Shown one piece after another: positions 39,147-47,974 of a DNA stretch of 64,000 bases. Location: the NCBI GenBank assembly GCA_023244895.1, contig JAHFLL010000001.1, positions 83,630 through 147,629 on the forward strand, in the 5' to 3' direction. The translations under genes and the position numbers were made by a program. The notes under the pieces were generated by a model that ran no database searches, was not told the origin of the DNA, and saw only the letters and a program-made list of their open reading frames with translations. Each line of letters opens with the position of its first letter. The first letter of the stretch is position 1. This stretch comes from Candidatus Liptonbacteria bacterium (GTDB taxonomy: Bacteria > Patescibacteriota > Minisyncoccia > UBA6257 > 2-01-FULL-56-20).

Positions 39147-40286
39147 GTGAAGCCTCTGCGTTTCTGGAAACCAAAAGAAAGTTTTTTGATCTTGCAAGTC
39201 TCGCCGGAACGAATAAACGGCTTACTTTTGGGTTTAAGCGCGGATAAAAAAATATATGCGCGGAGATATTTTGAAGATACCAGCTGGACCAATCTTGCCG
39301 CTCGCACCGACTTAAAACACTTAGTGAAGAATGTGATTGTCGCCGCCGATTCCAGCCTGTCTTATACGGCGACCATACCAGTCGCGCTCAATAGGGAAAA
39401 CCCAGAAGAACCTCTGGCCGCTCCGGAGCTGGAAAATCTTTTATCTCAAGCGGTGGGCAGGGTTTTTAATCAATGCCGCCAAGAGGCTGGTAGATATTTA
39501 GAGATGGACGACTTGGACGTAGTGTTGGTTGGCAGTAGGGTGATCAATTTCAAAATTGACGGTCACCACGTGCTAAACCCGCTGGAATTTTCCGCTCGCA
39601 AAGTGGAGGCCGTGCTAGAGCTGACGCTTACGGTTCGCTCCGTGTTGGATGGAGTCAAAAGCATACTTAAGAACAAGCCCAATTTCTATTTCACCGAAAC
39701 CGCCCGGGCAGAACTAGCAGTTTTAGCGCGAGATCATAAATCTCCCCTTAGTCTCCTATACTTGGGTGAGCAGAGGTCTATTTGTCTCATTATGGAACCT
39801 TCTCCGGTCGGACAAATATTCACAAGGCATCCCTTAAAATGGAGCTCTCTTTCTATCGCGCAAGCCTTAACTAAGGAGTGGGGAGTAGACAGCGGAGTTG
39901 CGCATCGCATATACCATCTCTTCTTGAAATCAAAGATGTCCGAGCGCGGCTCAAAGACTGTGCGTAAGTCCATGGAGCCAGTCAGAATATCCTTAATGAA
40001 GGCGATAGACAGCGTCCACCCTCGCGGCCAAGTTTACGTAGATTCGCCCCTGCCTCTTTTTATGGAGATGCCCTTGCGTCGGGGCAAGCTTAGCATTGAG
40101 GAGGTGTCGGTGGGAGAGTTGGCCAAACACTTCGGTTTTTCAATAGACGAAGAAGGTTGGCCGATCTCTGTTTCGCAGACCATGAGATATCTCGCGCCAT
40201 TTTGGGAATATTACTACGACCGCAGTGATTCTACCGTGAATCGTTGGCTAAAAAGACACCTGAACTGGCTAGGCGCGCAAATATAA
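39147..40286 (+). CDS. Divergent FtsA/actin-like protein
   Basis: R..PEEPL...ELENL, KIDGHHVLNPL resemble an FtsA-like subdomain; nucleotide-binding motifs degenerate. Confidence 0.55.
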   Translation: MKPLRFWKPKESFLILQVSPERINGLLLGLSADKKIYARRYFEDTSWTNLAARTDLKHLVKNVIVAADSSLSYTATIPVALNRENPEEPLAAPELENLLSQAVGRVFNQCRQEAGRYLEMDDLDVVLVGSRVINFKIDGHHVLNPLEFSARKVEAVLELTLTVRSVLDGVKSILKNKPNFYFTETARAELAVLARDHKSPLSLLYLGEQRSICLIMEPSPVGQIFTRHPLKWSSLSIAQALTKEWGVDSGVAHRIYHLFLKSKMSERGSKTVRKSMEPVRISLMKAIDSVHPRGQVYVDSPLPLFMEMPLRRGKLSIEEVSVGELAKHFGFSIDEEGWPISVSQTMRYLAPFWEYYYDRSDSTVNRWLKRHLNWLGAQI

Positions 40287-40501
40287 GAGTGGTTAGAAAC
40301 TAAAATCTAGAAGATAGAAGTTGGAATATGGAAAGCAGGGGAAAAAATTTGAAAATTGGTGTAAAATGTATTTATAACTGCGCAAAACAATGAATCCCGT
40401 CTGTTGCCTAAGGCTCGAGCGGTACGCGGATCAATTATGATCATGATATTAAAGTCGATTTCAAATAAATTAAGCGAGGTTTATTCCTAGCAACCTACGG
40501 G

Positions 40502-42190
40502 ATGAAAAAGATCTCTATAAATAAAAACGATGATGTCGCGGCAGTGGTGGACAAGATGCTCTACGAGCCAGACCCAGAGATAGTTTTAGTTGTACCCAAA
40601 CATTCCAAGCTTAAAGAAACTCCCCGCAATTTTAATTTATTAAAGAGAGAGGCGGAGGCGGCCGGACGGAAGGTATCGGTTGAGTCCGTGGACGATGAAG
40701 TTCTGGCCTTAGCGGAAGCAAGTGGTCTTTTTAATGAGCACCCGCTTTTTAACGGTCCTGCCCGCTCCATCTCGGACATTGTCCCCGGCGGGGCGCGGGA
40801 CAGGAGCAACAGGTCTAGTGTTATTCCCAGACAAAGCGGACCCAAAGTCACTCTAAACGTCAGACGAGAAATAGGAGAAGAAGAAAAGATACAAGAAGCG
40901 GAAGACAGGTTCTTTACCGCAAAGTCACGAAGCAACACGACAGAAGAGACTTGGGAATACAAAGAAGAGCAAGCGGAAGAAACCTCCTCGGAAGACGATT
41001 GGGAGTTGCAAGAGAAAAAAGAACGCAAGACCAAGTCCAGAATAAAATGGCTGGTTATTCTCTCCATAGTTATAGTCTTGGTGGGGGGAGGGGTCTGGGC
41101 GACCGGGGCGTACTTCTCTAAGGCGAATATAGCGATTAGCTTTAAGCAAATTGAGTGGCAATATGCGAGCGCTATTACCGCAAGCAAAAACGTTCCCAGG
41201 GTGGATTTGATATCCAAGAGCATTCCCGCGGAAGTTTTTCATGATAAACGCAACCTAACTCAACTATTTCCGGCGACTGGACGGTCGGTGGTAAACCAGA
41301 AAGCCAGCGGTAAGATAAAAATAGTAAACGCCTACAGTTCCGAGAAGCAAACTCTGGTCGCGACCACAAGATTCTCCACGCCAGACGGTAAGATTTTCCG
41401 CTTGGACAGCCAGGTTCTGGTGCCTGGGGCCCAGATTAAAGATGGCAAGATAATCCCAGCGAGCACGGAGGCTGTCGTTACCGCGGACCGCGCGGGGGCA
41501 GAATATAATGTTGGTCCTACCTCCAAGTTGACCATTCCGGGATTTAAGGGCACGCCCAAATATGAGGGTTTTTACGGTCAAATTGAAACCGCTTTAAGTG
41601 GAGGTTTCGTGGGGGAAAAAGCCGTGCCGACCGAAGCGGATATAAAGAGCGCGGAAGAAAGAATGACGGAGATATTAAGGACCGGCCTGGAAAGCAATAT
41701 TTTATCGGAGCAAATTAAAGATTATAAGGTTCTGGATGGATCTTCTTCTTTTAAGGTTAATAAGATGACGGTGAAGAAGGAAACCAATGACAGTGGAGCG
41801 TTCAGCGTCTTTGGGGAGGCGGAGGTGGAGCTCGTAGGATTTAAAGAAAGCGCCTTGGATGAGCTGCTCAAAGGATTGGCGGGAGCGGATTTATTGGCAT
41901 CCGGTACGGAATACGAGTCGTCTTTCCGTAGCTTGGAGAAGAGCTATTCGGAGATAAAGCCGAACTACGAAAAAGGGGAGTTAAAATTCAATTTATCCGC
42001 GAAGGGAACGCTCGCTGCGGCTTTTGATAAAGATGCGTTTAAGAGCCAATTGGTAGGCAAGACCATTAAGGAAGCAGAGAGCTCCATTCAGGGCTTGCCT
42101 GGACTCGCGTCTGGGAGAGTGGGTGTTTGGCCAGTATGGCTCAGTAATCTGCCGAGTAATTTGGGTAGAATCAATATCTTAAGCGACTAG
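40502..42190 (+). CDS. Membrane-anchored protein with baseplate J-like domain
   Basis: Cytoplasmic N-domain, TM, then KASGKIKIVN..TRF.TPDGKIFR..VPG..VTADRAGAEYN..GG. Confidence 0.7.
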   Translation: MKKISINKNDDVAAVVDKMLYEPDPEIVLVVPKHSKLKETPRNFNLLKREAEAAGRKVSVESVDDEVLALAEASGLFNEHPLFNGPARSISDIVPGGARDRSNRSSVIPRQSGPKVTLNVRREIGEEEKIQEAEDRFFTAKSRSNTTEETWEYKEEQAEETSSEDDWELQEKKERKTKSRIKWLVILSIVIVLVGGGVWATGAYFSKANIAISFKQIEWQYASAITASKNVPRVDLISKSIPAEVFHDKRNLTQLFPATGRSVVNQKASGKIKIVNAYSSEKQTLVATTRFSTPDGKIFRLDSQVLVPGAQIKDGKIIPASTEAVVTADRAGAEYNVGPTSKLTIPGFKGTPKYEGFYGQIETALSGGFVGEKAVPTEADIKSAEERMTEILRTGLESNILSEQIKDYKVLDGSSSFKVNKMTVKKETNDSGAFSVFGEAEVELVGFKESALDELLKGLAGADLLASGTEYESSFRSLEKSYSEIKPNYEKGELKFNLSAKGTLAAAFDKDAFKSQLVGKTIKEAESSIQGLPGLASGRVGVWPVWLSNLPSNLGRINILSD

Positions 42191-42340
42191 GGCCAAGGAG
42201 CGGAAGCCCAGAGATTGACAAATGGGCCATGTTTTGCTTATAATTTTCCCGCTAGTTGATATGAGAGGTTTACCTCCTGGCTTTTTATTTTATGTTAAAT
42301 CTACGGTCATATCGATGGGCGGAAAGCTTTGTCTTAAGAT

Positions 42341-42562
42341 ATGAACGGTAATAACAAAGCTAGTTTAGCGCGCGCAGAGGGGATTGTAGAGGAAGCGTTG
42401 CCCGGGCTCATGTTTCGGGTCAAGCTTCAAGACGGACAGACCCTTTTGGCGCATCTTTCCGGTAAAATGCGATTGCATCGCATTCGGGTTTTGCCCGGAG
42501 ATAGGGTGTCCTTAGAAATGAGTCCGGACGGTGGGCGAGGTAGGATTAACAGAAGGCTATAG
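42341..42562 (+). CDS. infA: Translation initiation factor IF-1
   Basis: [24 protein letters not shown]. Confidence 0.96.
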   Translation: MNGNNKASLARAEGIVEEALPGLMFRVKLQDGQTLLAHLSGKMRLHRIRVLPGDRVSLEMSPDGGRGRINRRL

Positions 42563-42647
42563 TCGTTAGTAGTTAGAACTTAGCTGTTAAATACGTAGAA
42601 GCAAAGAATCTCCTAAGTCCTAAAGACTAATCACTAAATACTAATCA
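42560..42647. repeat. TAG-heptamer array facing a CTA-heptamer array between infA and rpmJ
   Basis: tagtcgt tagtagt tagaact tagctgt ... ctaagtc ctaaaga ctaatca ctaaata ctaatca. Confidence 0.7.
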
Positions 42648-42650
42648 ACA

Positions 42651-42764
42651 ATGAAGGTAAGAAGCTCAATCAAAACAAGATGTCAGGCCTGTAAGGTGGT
42701 TAAGCGTCGCGGCCGCCTGTATGTTATTTGCAAGACCCCCAAGCACAAGCAGAGACAGGGATAG
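42651..42764 (+). CDS. rpmJ: 50S ribosomal protein L36
   Basis: [37 protein letters not shown]; not in the ORF track. Confidence 0.96.
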   Translation: MKVRSSIKTRCQACKVVKRRGRLYVICKTPKHKQRQG

Positions 42765-42798
42765 TTCAATTACCAATTTTAAATTAATCTAAACTGGC

Positions 42799-43182
42799 AT
42801 GAGATTTTTAGGCGTTAACATCCCGGACAATAAAAGAGCAGAAATAGCTCTGACTTATTTTTACGGCATAGGATTGACCCTGAGCCGCAAGGCGCTCAAG
42901 GAGACCGGAGTTAGTCCGGATGTCCGCGCCAAAGATCTTTCCGCGGAGGACCTAAACAAACTTAAGGGTTGGATGGAAAAGAACTGTCAGATTGAAGGCG
43001 AGCTAAGACAGATTATCAAGCGCAATATTCAGCGCCTGAAGGAACTGCAGGCCTACCGTGGTACGCGCCACAGTCGCCGCCTGCCCGCCCGCGGACAGCG
43101 CACCCGCACCAATTCCAGAACTATCCGAGGCAATGTTAGAAAAACGGCCGGTAGCGGAAAGAGAAAGGTTGATTTGAAGTAA
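42799..43182 (+). CDS. rpsM: 30S ribosomal protein S13
   Basis: ALTYFYGIG, YRGTRH..LPARGQRTRTN. Confidence 0.97.
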   Translation: MRFLGVNIPDNKRAEIALTYFYGIGLTLSRKALKETGVSPDVRAKDLSAEDLNKLKGWMEKNCQIEGELRQIIKRNIQRLKELQAYRGTRHSRRLPARGQRTRTNSRTIRGNVRKTAGSGKRKVDLK

Positions 43183-43189
43183 TATTTCT

Positions 43190-43630
43190 ATGGGAAAAAA
43201 GAAAGTAGCTACAATTTCAGGAGAGAAGGCGAGCGCCGCAGATCAAGCGGCGGCGAAGCCGGTTTCTTCCAAGAAGTCCAAACATATTGAAACCGGGCGG
43301 GTTTATGTTAACGCGACCTACAACAATACGGTCATAACGGTCACGGATACCAAGGGCAATGTTTTGACCTGGGCGTCCGCCGGGTCCTTGGGGTTCTCCG
43401 GACCCAAAAAGGCAACTCCGTTTGCCGCTTCCAAAATAATTTCGGTGGTGGGGGAAAAGATGAAAAGTTATGGAATTAGCAATGTAGAGGTTTGGGTAAA
43501 GGGCATCGGCGGAGGCAGAGATTCTTCCGTGCGCTCGCTTATTAACCAAGGTTTTAATGTCGCGGTCATAAGAGATGTTACTCCGATAGCACATAACGGT
43601 CCCAGGCCCAAAAAAGTTCGCAGAGTATAA
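43190..43630 (+). CDS. rpsK: 30S ribosomal protein S11
   Basis: ATYNNT, KKATPFAA, DVTPIAHNG. Confidence 0.97.
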   Translation: MGKKKVATISGEKASAADQAAAKPVSSKKSKHIETGRVYVNATYNNTVITVTDTKGNVLTWASAGSLGFSGPKKATPFAASKIISVVGEKMKSYGISNVEVWVKGIGGGRDSSVRSLINQGFNVAVIRDVTPIAHNGPRPKKVRRV

Positions 43631-43645
43631 AATTATTTAACTAAT

Positions 43646-44266
43646 ATGGTAAGAGGTCCTAAAGAAAGAAAAGAAAGAGCATTGGGCGTACGTCTCCAGC
43701 TAAAAGGGGAGCGTTGTTCTTCGCCTAAGTGCGCTATGGTTCGTAAGCCATACAAACCGGGAGTGCATGGTCAGAGCCGTCGCCGCAAGGCCCTTTCTGA
43801 CTTCGGCCTTCAGCTGATGGAGAAGCAGAAGTGCAAGGTGAGTTACGGTATAACCGAGAAAACCTTGCGCCAGATTTTCAGAAAGGCGGAGCAACAGACC
43901 GGCTCTACTTCAGAACTGATTGTGCGCGCCTTGGAGTCTCGTCTGGACAACACCGTCTTTCGTTTAGGATTTGCGCCTTCTCGTTCTATGGCCCGCCAGC
44001 TGGTTCGCCATGGGCACATTCTAGTGAATGGTAAAAAGGTTTTTTCGCCTGGATTTGAGGTTAAAAATGGTCAGACCATCGGGGTTCGCAAGGAGTCTTT
44101 GGAGCACGTGCATTTCAAAAATATTAAAGAGTCGCTCAAGAAATATGAACCAGTTGGTTGGCTACAAGTCGATCCAGGCAAAATAGAGGGCAAGGTCATC
44201 GCGATCCCGTCCGATATGGAGCCCCCGTTCGAGATTGGCTTAGTGGTAGAATCTTTCAGCAAATAA
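43646..44266 (+). CDS. rpsD: 30S ribosomal protein S4
   Basis: PGVHG, QLMEKQK, LESRLDN, ARQLVRHGH. Confidence 0.97.
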   Translation: MVRGPKERKERALGVRLQLKGERCSSPKCAMVRKPYKPGVHGQSRRRKALSDFGLQLMEKQKCKVSYGITEKTLRQIFRKAEQQTGSTSELIVRALESRLDNTVFRLGFAPSRSMARQLVRHGHILVNGKKVFSPGFEVKNGQTIGVRKESLEHVHFKNIKESLKKYEPVGWLQVDPGKIEGKVIAIPSDMEPPFEIGLVVESFSK

Positions 44267-44272
44267 AAAACA

Positions 44273-45037
44273 ATGGAATACGCACTACTTAGTTCTAGTT
44301 TGAATATTAAGAAGGTCTCAGAAGAGGCGCAGAAAGGTGTTTTTGAAATAGAAGGTCTATATGCTGGCTACGGTCTTACCGTCGGCAACGCTTTGCGACG
44401 CGCGCTTTTATCGTCCCTTCCGGGCGCGGCCGTAACTTACGTAAAAATAAAGAATGCCGCCCACGAGTTTACTACTCTGCCGGGTGTTAAAGAGGATGTG
44501 GTGGAATTAACTTTAAATATGAAGAAGCTGCGTTTTCGCTGCTTCTCGGATGAGCCGCAAGTTCTTTTAGTAAAGGTTAAGGGCGCGCGCGAGGTTAAGG
44601 GTTCCGATATCGGACTTAACTCCAACGTGGAGCTGATAAATCCAGAGCAGGTTATCGCGACCCTAACCGAAAAGAACGCTGATTTTGAAGCGGAATTCAC
44701 AGTGGAAAGAGGATTGGGTTATTCCGCGGTAGAGTCCCGTAAAGCGGAAAAGCTCGCGATTGGCATGATCGGCGTAGACGCATTTTTCTCACCGGTTACA
44801 AGAGTTAATTTTACGGTAGACAATATGCGCGTGGGAGATCGCACTGATTACAACCGTTTGCGGTTGGAAATAGAAACAGATGGCACAGTGAGCCCGTCGA
44901 GCGCACTTCACAAGACCGCGAGCATACTAAAGGATCACTTTGAGAAGATCTTCGGAGTGGAAGTGCAGGATTTTGAAGCAGCCCACAAGTCGGAGGAAGA
45001 GAAGCCCAAAAAGAAGGCAAAGAAGTCCAGTAAGTAG
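44273..45037 (+). CDS. rpoA: RNA polymerase subunit alpha (no recognisable alpha-CTD)
   Basis: GYGLTVGNALRRALLSSLPG, HEF, FSPV; ends at 254 aa. Confidence 0.95.
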   Translation: MEYALLSSSLNIKKVSEEAQKGVFEIEGLYAGYGLTVGNALRRALLSSLPGAAVTYVKIKNAAHEFTTLPGVKEDVVELTLNMKKLRFRCFSDEPQVLLVKVKGAREVKGSDIGLNSNVELINPEQVIATLTEKNADFEAEFTVERGLGYSAVESRKAEKLAIGMIGVDAFFSPVTRVNFTVDNMRVGDRTDYNRLRLEIETDGTVSPSSALHKTASILKDHFEKIFGVEVQDFEAAHKSEEEKPKKKAKKSSK

Positions 45038-45069
45038 TGAGTAGATAGCAGCAAGTATTAATCAACAAC

Positions 45070-45426
45070 ATGAGACACGGCAAAGAAACCAGTAAGAAAT
45101 TTCATAGGAAGACCGGACCGCGCAGAGCTTTTATGCGCGGACTTGTCGTGGCACTCTTAAGGGTGGGTAGAATGGAGACTACTGAGATTAGAGCCAAGGC
45201 TATTCGACCCCAGGCGGAAAGAATGATAACCATCGCCAAGAAACAGACCCTCTCGGCGCGTCGGCAGCTTCTGGCGGACCTACAGAACAAAAAGCTGGTG
45301 GGTAAGCTGATTGAAGAAATTGCTCCCAAATACGCGGAGCGCAAGGGCGGTTATCTGCGCATTGTTAAATCCGGTAAGGTTAGAAAAAGGGACGGCACCC
45401 GCTTAGCGATTATAGAACTTGTATAA
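45070..45426 (+). CDS. rplQ: 50S ribosomal protein L17
   Basis: MRHG, ETTEIRAK, RKGGYLRI. Confidence 0.96.
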   Translation: MRHGKETSKKFHRKTGPRRAFMRGLVVALLRVGRMETTEIRAKAIRPQAERMITIAKKQTLSARRQLLADLQNKKLVGKLIEEIAPKYAERKGGYLRIVKSGKVRKRDGTRLAIIELV

Positions 45427-45430
45427 AAAC

Positions 45431-45775
45431 ATGAGAGAACATCACATTAACGCGAAGGGAAAAGTTCTGGGCCGTTTGGCTACCGAGATAGCGCTTATTT
45501 TACAAGGCAAGAACAGTCCGGACTACAAGCCGAACGCGGTTTCGGACGATAAGGTTTATCTTAAAAATTACGCGGACGTTATTGTGACCGGACGCAAGGC
45601 GGATCAGAAGATTTATTATCGGCATACCGGCTACGTGGGTGGAATCAAGGAGGCAACCTACCGCGAGATGAAAGAAAAGGACCCCAGAAAGACAATCCAA
45701 CGAGCGGTGCGCAAAATGTTGCCTCGCAACTTCCTAACCAGCCGTCGCATGAATAACCTGATTTTCGTTGATTAA
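45431..45775 (+). CDS. rplM: 50S ribosomal protein L13
   Basis: LGRLATEIA..LQGK, YYRHTGYVGG, MLP. Confidence 0.95.
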   Translation: MREHHINAKGKVLGRLATEIALILQGKNSPDYKPNAVSDDKVYLKNYADVIVTGRKADQKIYYRHTGYVGGIKEATYREMKEKDPRKTIQRAVRKMLPRNFLTSRRMNNLIFVD

Positions 45776-45779
45776 AAAT

Positions 45780-46196
45780 ATGGAGAAAACAGCAGCTAAA
45801 ACTCATTCCGGAAAATACTTTGAAGGCGTAGGCCGTCGCAAGACCGCGATCGCGCGAGTCAAGGTTCAAAAGGGCAAGGGCGGACTTACGGTAAACGGCA
45901 AGCCGGTTGCGGAATTTTTCACCGTCCCGCGTTTGCTTAAAACGGCTCTCGCCCCAATTGAATCTTTGAAGTTGGATGAAAGTATCAGCGCCAGCGCCAA
46001 AGTGAGCGGTGGGGGCATAATGGCTCAAGCAGAGGCTGTGCGCCACGGATTGGCTTTAGGGTTGTCTATGATGGACGAAGAGCTGAGGCCGCGTCTCAGA
46101 GCCTTTGGATACATGACTCGTGATTCTAGGATGGTAGAGCGCAAGAAGTACGGCTTGAAGAAAGCCCGCCGCGCTCCACAGTGGGCAAAACGTTAA
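45780..46196 (+). CDS. rpsI: 30S ribosomal protein S9
   Basis: GRRKTAIARV, RDSRMVERKKYGLKKARRAPQWAKR. Confidence 0.97.
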   Translation: MEKTAAKTHSGKYFEGVGRRKTAIARVKVQKGKGGLTVNGKPVAEFFTVPRLLKTALAPIESLKLDESISASAKVSGGGIMAQAEAVRHGLALGLSMMDEELRPRLRAFGYMTRDSRMVERKKYGLKKARRAPQWAKR

Positions 46197-46200
46197 AACT

Positions 46201-46227
46201 AAAAACCCCGCTTCTGGCGGGGTTTTT
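46201..46227 (+). terminator. Intrinsic terminator after rpsI
   Basis: aaaaaccccgc / gcggggttttt. Confidence 0.85.
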
Positions 46228-46239
46228 AGTTAGTTTAGA

Positions 46240-46351
46240 CATTGAGGAGGGGAAAGGGGTCGGGGAGGGGCGGGAAATGAGCCTCTCCCTGGGGCGGAAG
46301 CACTGGAACCGAGGGGTTCCAGGGAGCGAGCTGGCGAGCGACTCCTCAATG
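46240..46351. other. GC-rich multibranch element between two terminators
   Basis: cattgaggag/ctcctcaatg closing stem, two inner hairpins, four GGGG tracts. Confidence 0.5.
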
Positions 46352-46368
46352 GGCAAAGCGTTAGAAAA

Positions 46369-46398
46369 CAAAAAGACCCCCGAGCGGGGGTCTTTTTG
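46369..46398. terminator. Bidirectional intrinsic terminator
   Basis: caaaaagaccccc / gggggtctttttg. Confidence 0.8.
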
Positions 46399-46436
46399 TT
46401 GTGCTGCCTAGAGTCTTCCGGGAAACTGAGTAGGAG

Positions 46437-47750
46437 TTATTTTTCTCCTAAATCCAGGCGATACACTTTACCGTCTTCGTTGTAGTAGAGGAATCCCGTC
46501 TCGCTCTCAAATGAGGCTCTGCCTGTGGTGGTAAGCGTCTCTAGATTTTGGAGGGCCTTATCTTCCAAATCCAAAAGGACAGTCTTATCCGGATAGGCGA
46601 GGATAAGATGCCAAAGGTCTCCGTGCCACCAGGCTTCTTTGATACCGGTGGGGTTCGGCAGATTAAACCTCCAATACTCATCTTTCTCGCGGAAAGTGAA
46701 TATTTCTAAGCTTTTATTCTCAAATACTGCCACCCGGGTTCCATTCGGAGAGAAGCGAAAATAGCGTCCATCGCTTGCTATATGAGTTAGCTTGTCTTCG
46801 CCTGGGGAGTAGGTAAAAAACTCGCCCCGTCCATCCAAAACGCCCAGTAAGCCATCCGTGCCCCAATTTATTTGCTTTATTTTCCCTTCAATCTTTTCTC
46901 CCAGCACCCGCTTATTGTTAAGAAGCTTGTCGTAGATAATAAGCTGGGAATAATCTTTGGTTTTATCGTAAATGCTCCAGGCCAGCCAGTAGCGCGAAGA
47001 AACGACATTGTTAATTTCTATATTTTTGGTGGTGGTTGCTATATTTTGGATGCTTTGAGAGGGCACATCAAGGAGAGCCAGGGAATTTTCTTTCGTCACC
47101 ACCACCTGCCCGCTTTCGCTGTCCAGGGAGACGGTTTTAGGTTTGGTCAGATTAGCCTTAAGTAAGAGCGGCTGGAGGGCGGTGCTGGTTCCGGTTCTGG
47201 TATCAAACCAGAAGTAGTTTGTATCTTTGGCGAAAATGATTATTCTACCATCTTCGCTCCAGCCCAAAATACTTTTTCCGGGCAGAGTGGTGCTCGCGAA
47301 CTGAAGCCCGAGCTTAGCGTCTCGCACCGCCAAATCTTTACCTATCGGCCAAAATTCCGCTGCGTTTTCGGAATAAACCTCTTGGGCTGTTTCTGGAATT
47401 AGCAGGGCATATTTGATCTCGGTTACGAGTGATGGCTTAACCACAATATCCCTTCGCCAAGCACGATATAGTGGCGCGGAAAGGGAAAGGTGATAGGGTT
47501 GCGGATAAAGACCACTCACGAAAGTTCCCTCGCTAAATAGTCCGGACTTGTTTTTTATCTTTTTACCATTTAGTTCAATATTCACGTCTGTGGGATAGCT
47601 GCGCACATAAAGACCGCCCACCTTAGCGGGGGACGGCACGCCCTCCCAGCTCAGGCGGTAGCCCATGGCATACAGCGTGGCTAAACTGCCTATTAGGAGG
47701 AAGGCCAAGGCGAGGGCGTAAAATATAGCTCTGCGGGCGAAAGTGGACAT
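46437..47750 (-). CDS. PEGA-domain membrane-anchored protein with beta-propeller-like region
   Basis: TM ending YAMGYR, GGLYVRSYP..IELNG..GLYP..Y..W. Confidence 0.75.
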   Translation of the reverse strand: MSTFARRAIFYALALAFLLIGSLATLYAMGYRLSWEGVPSPAKVGGLYVRSYPTDVNIELNGKKIKNKSGLFSEGTFVSGLYPQPYHLSLSAPLYRAWRRDIVVKPSLVTEIKYALLIPETAQEVYSENAAEFWPIGKDLAVRDAKLGLQFASTTLPGKSILGWSEDGRIIIFAKDTNYFWFDTRTGTSTALQPLLLKANLTKPKTVSLDSESGQVVVTKENSLALLDVPSQSIQNIATTTKNIEINNVVSSRYWLAWSIYDKTKDYSQLIIYDKLLNNKRVLGEKIEGKIKQINWGTDGLLGVLDGRGEFFTYSPGEDKLTHIASDGRYFRFSPNGTRVAVFENKSLEIFTFREKDEYWRFNLPNPTGIKEAWWHGDLWHLILAYPDKTVLLDLEDKALQNLETLTTTGRASFESETGFLYYNEDGKVYRLDLGEK

Positions 47751-47785
47751 ATTTGACTCGTTTAATATTATGCTATACTAAATAC

Positions 47786-47908
47786 GGTTCCGCCACAATT
47801 TCCAGATCAAATAATATTTTTCAGGGAGAGCTATTATTGTCCCTGCCCTTGGGCTACGGGATTGCGCTCACCCACTTGGCTTTTGGCTGAGGAAATATTG
47901 GTGGAACT
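47786..47908 (+). ncRNA. Candidate compact 6S-like RNA (rod with central bubble)
   Basis: TGcTATACT promoter 47771-47779; ggttccgcca/tggtggaact, atttcc/ggaaat, gggagagc/gctcaccc stems; terminator 47913-47942. Confidence 0.55.
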
Positions 47909-47974
47909 AACAAAGGCCGTTTTCGCAAGAAGGCGGTTTTTGATTTGGGTAATCTATGGCAATAGAATATATCT

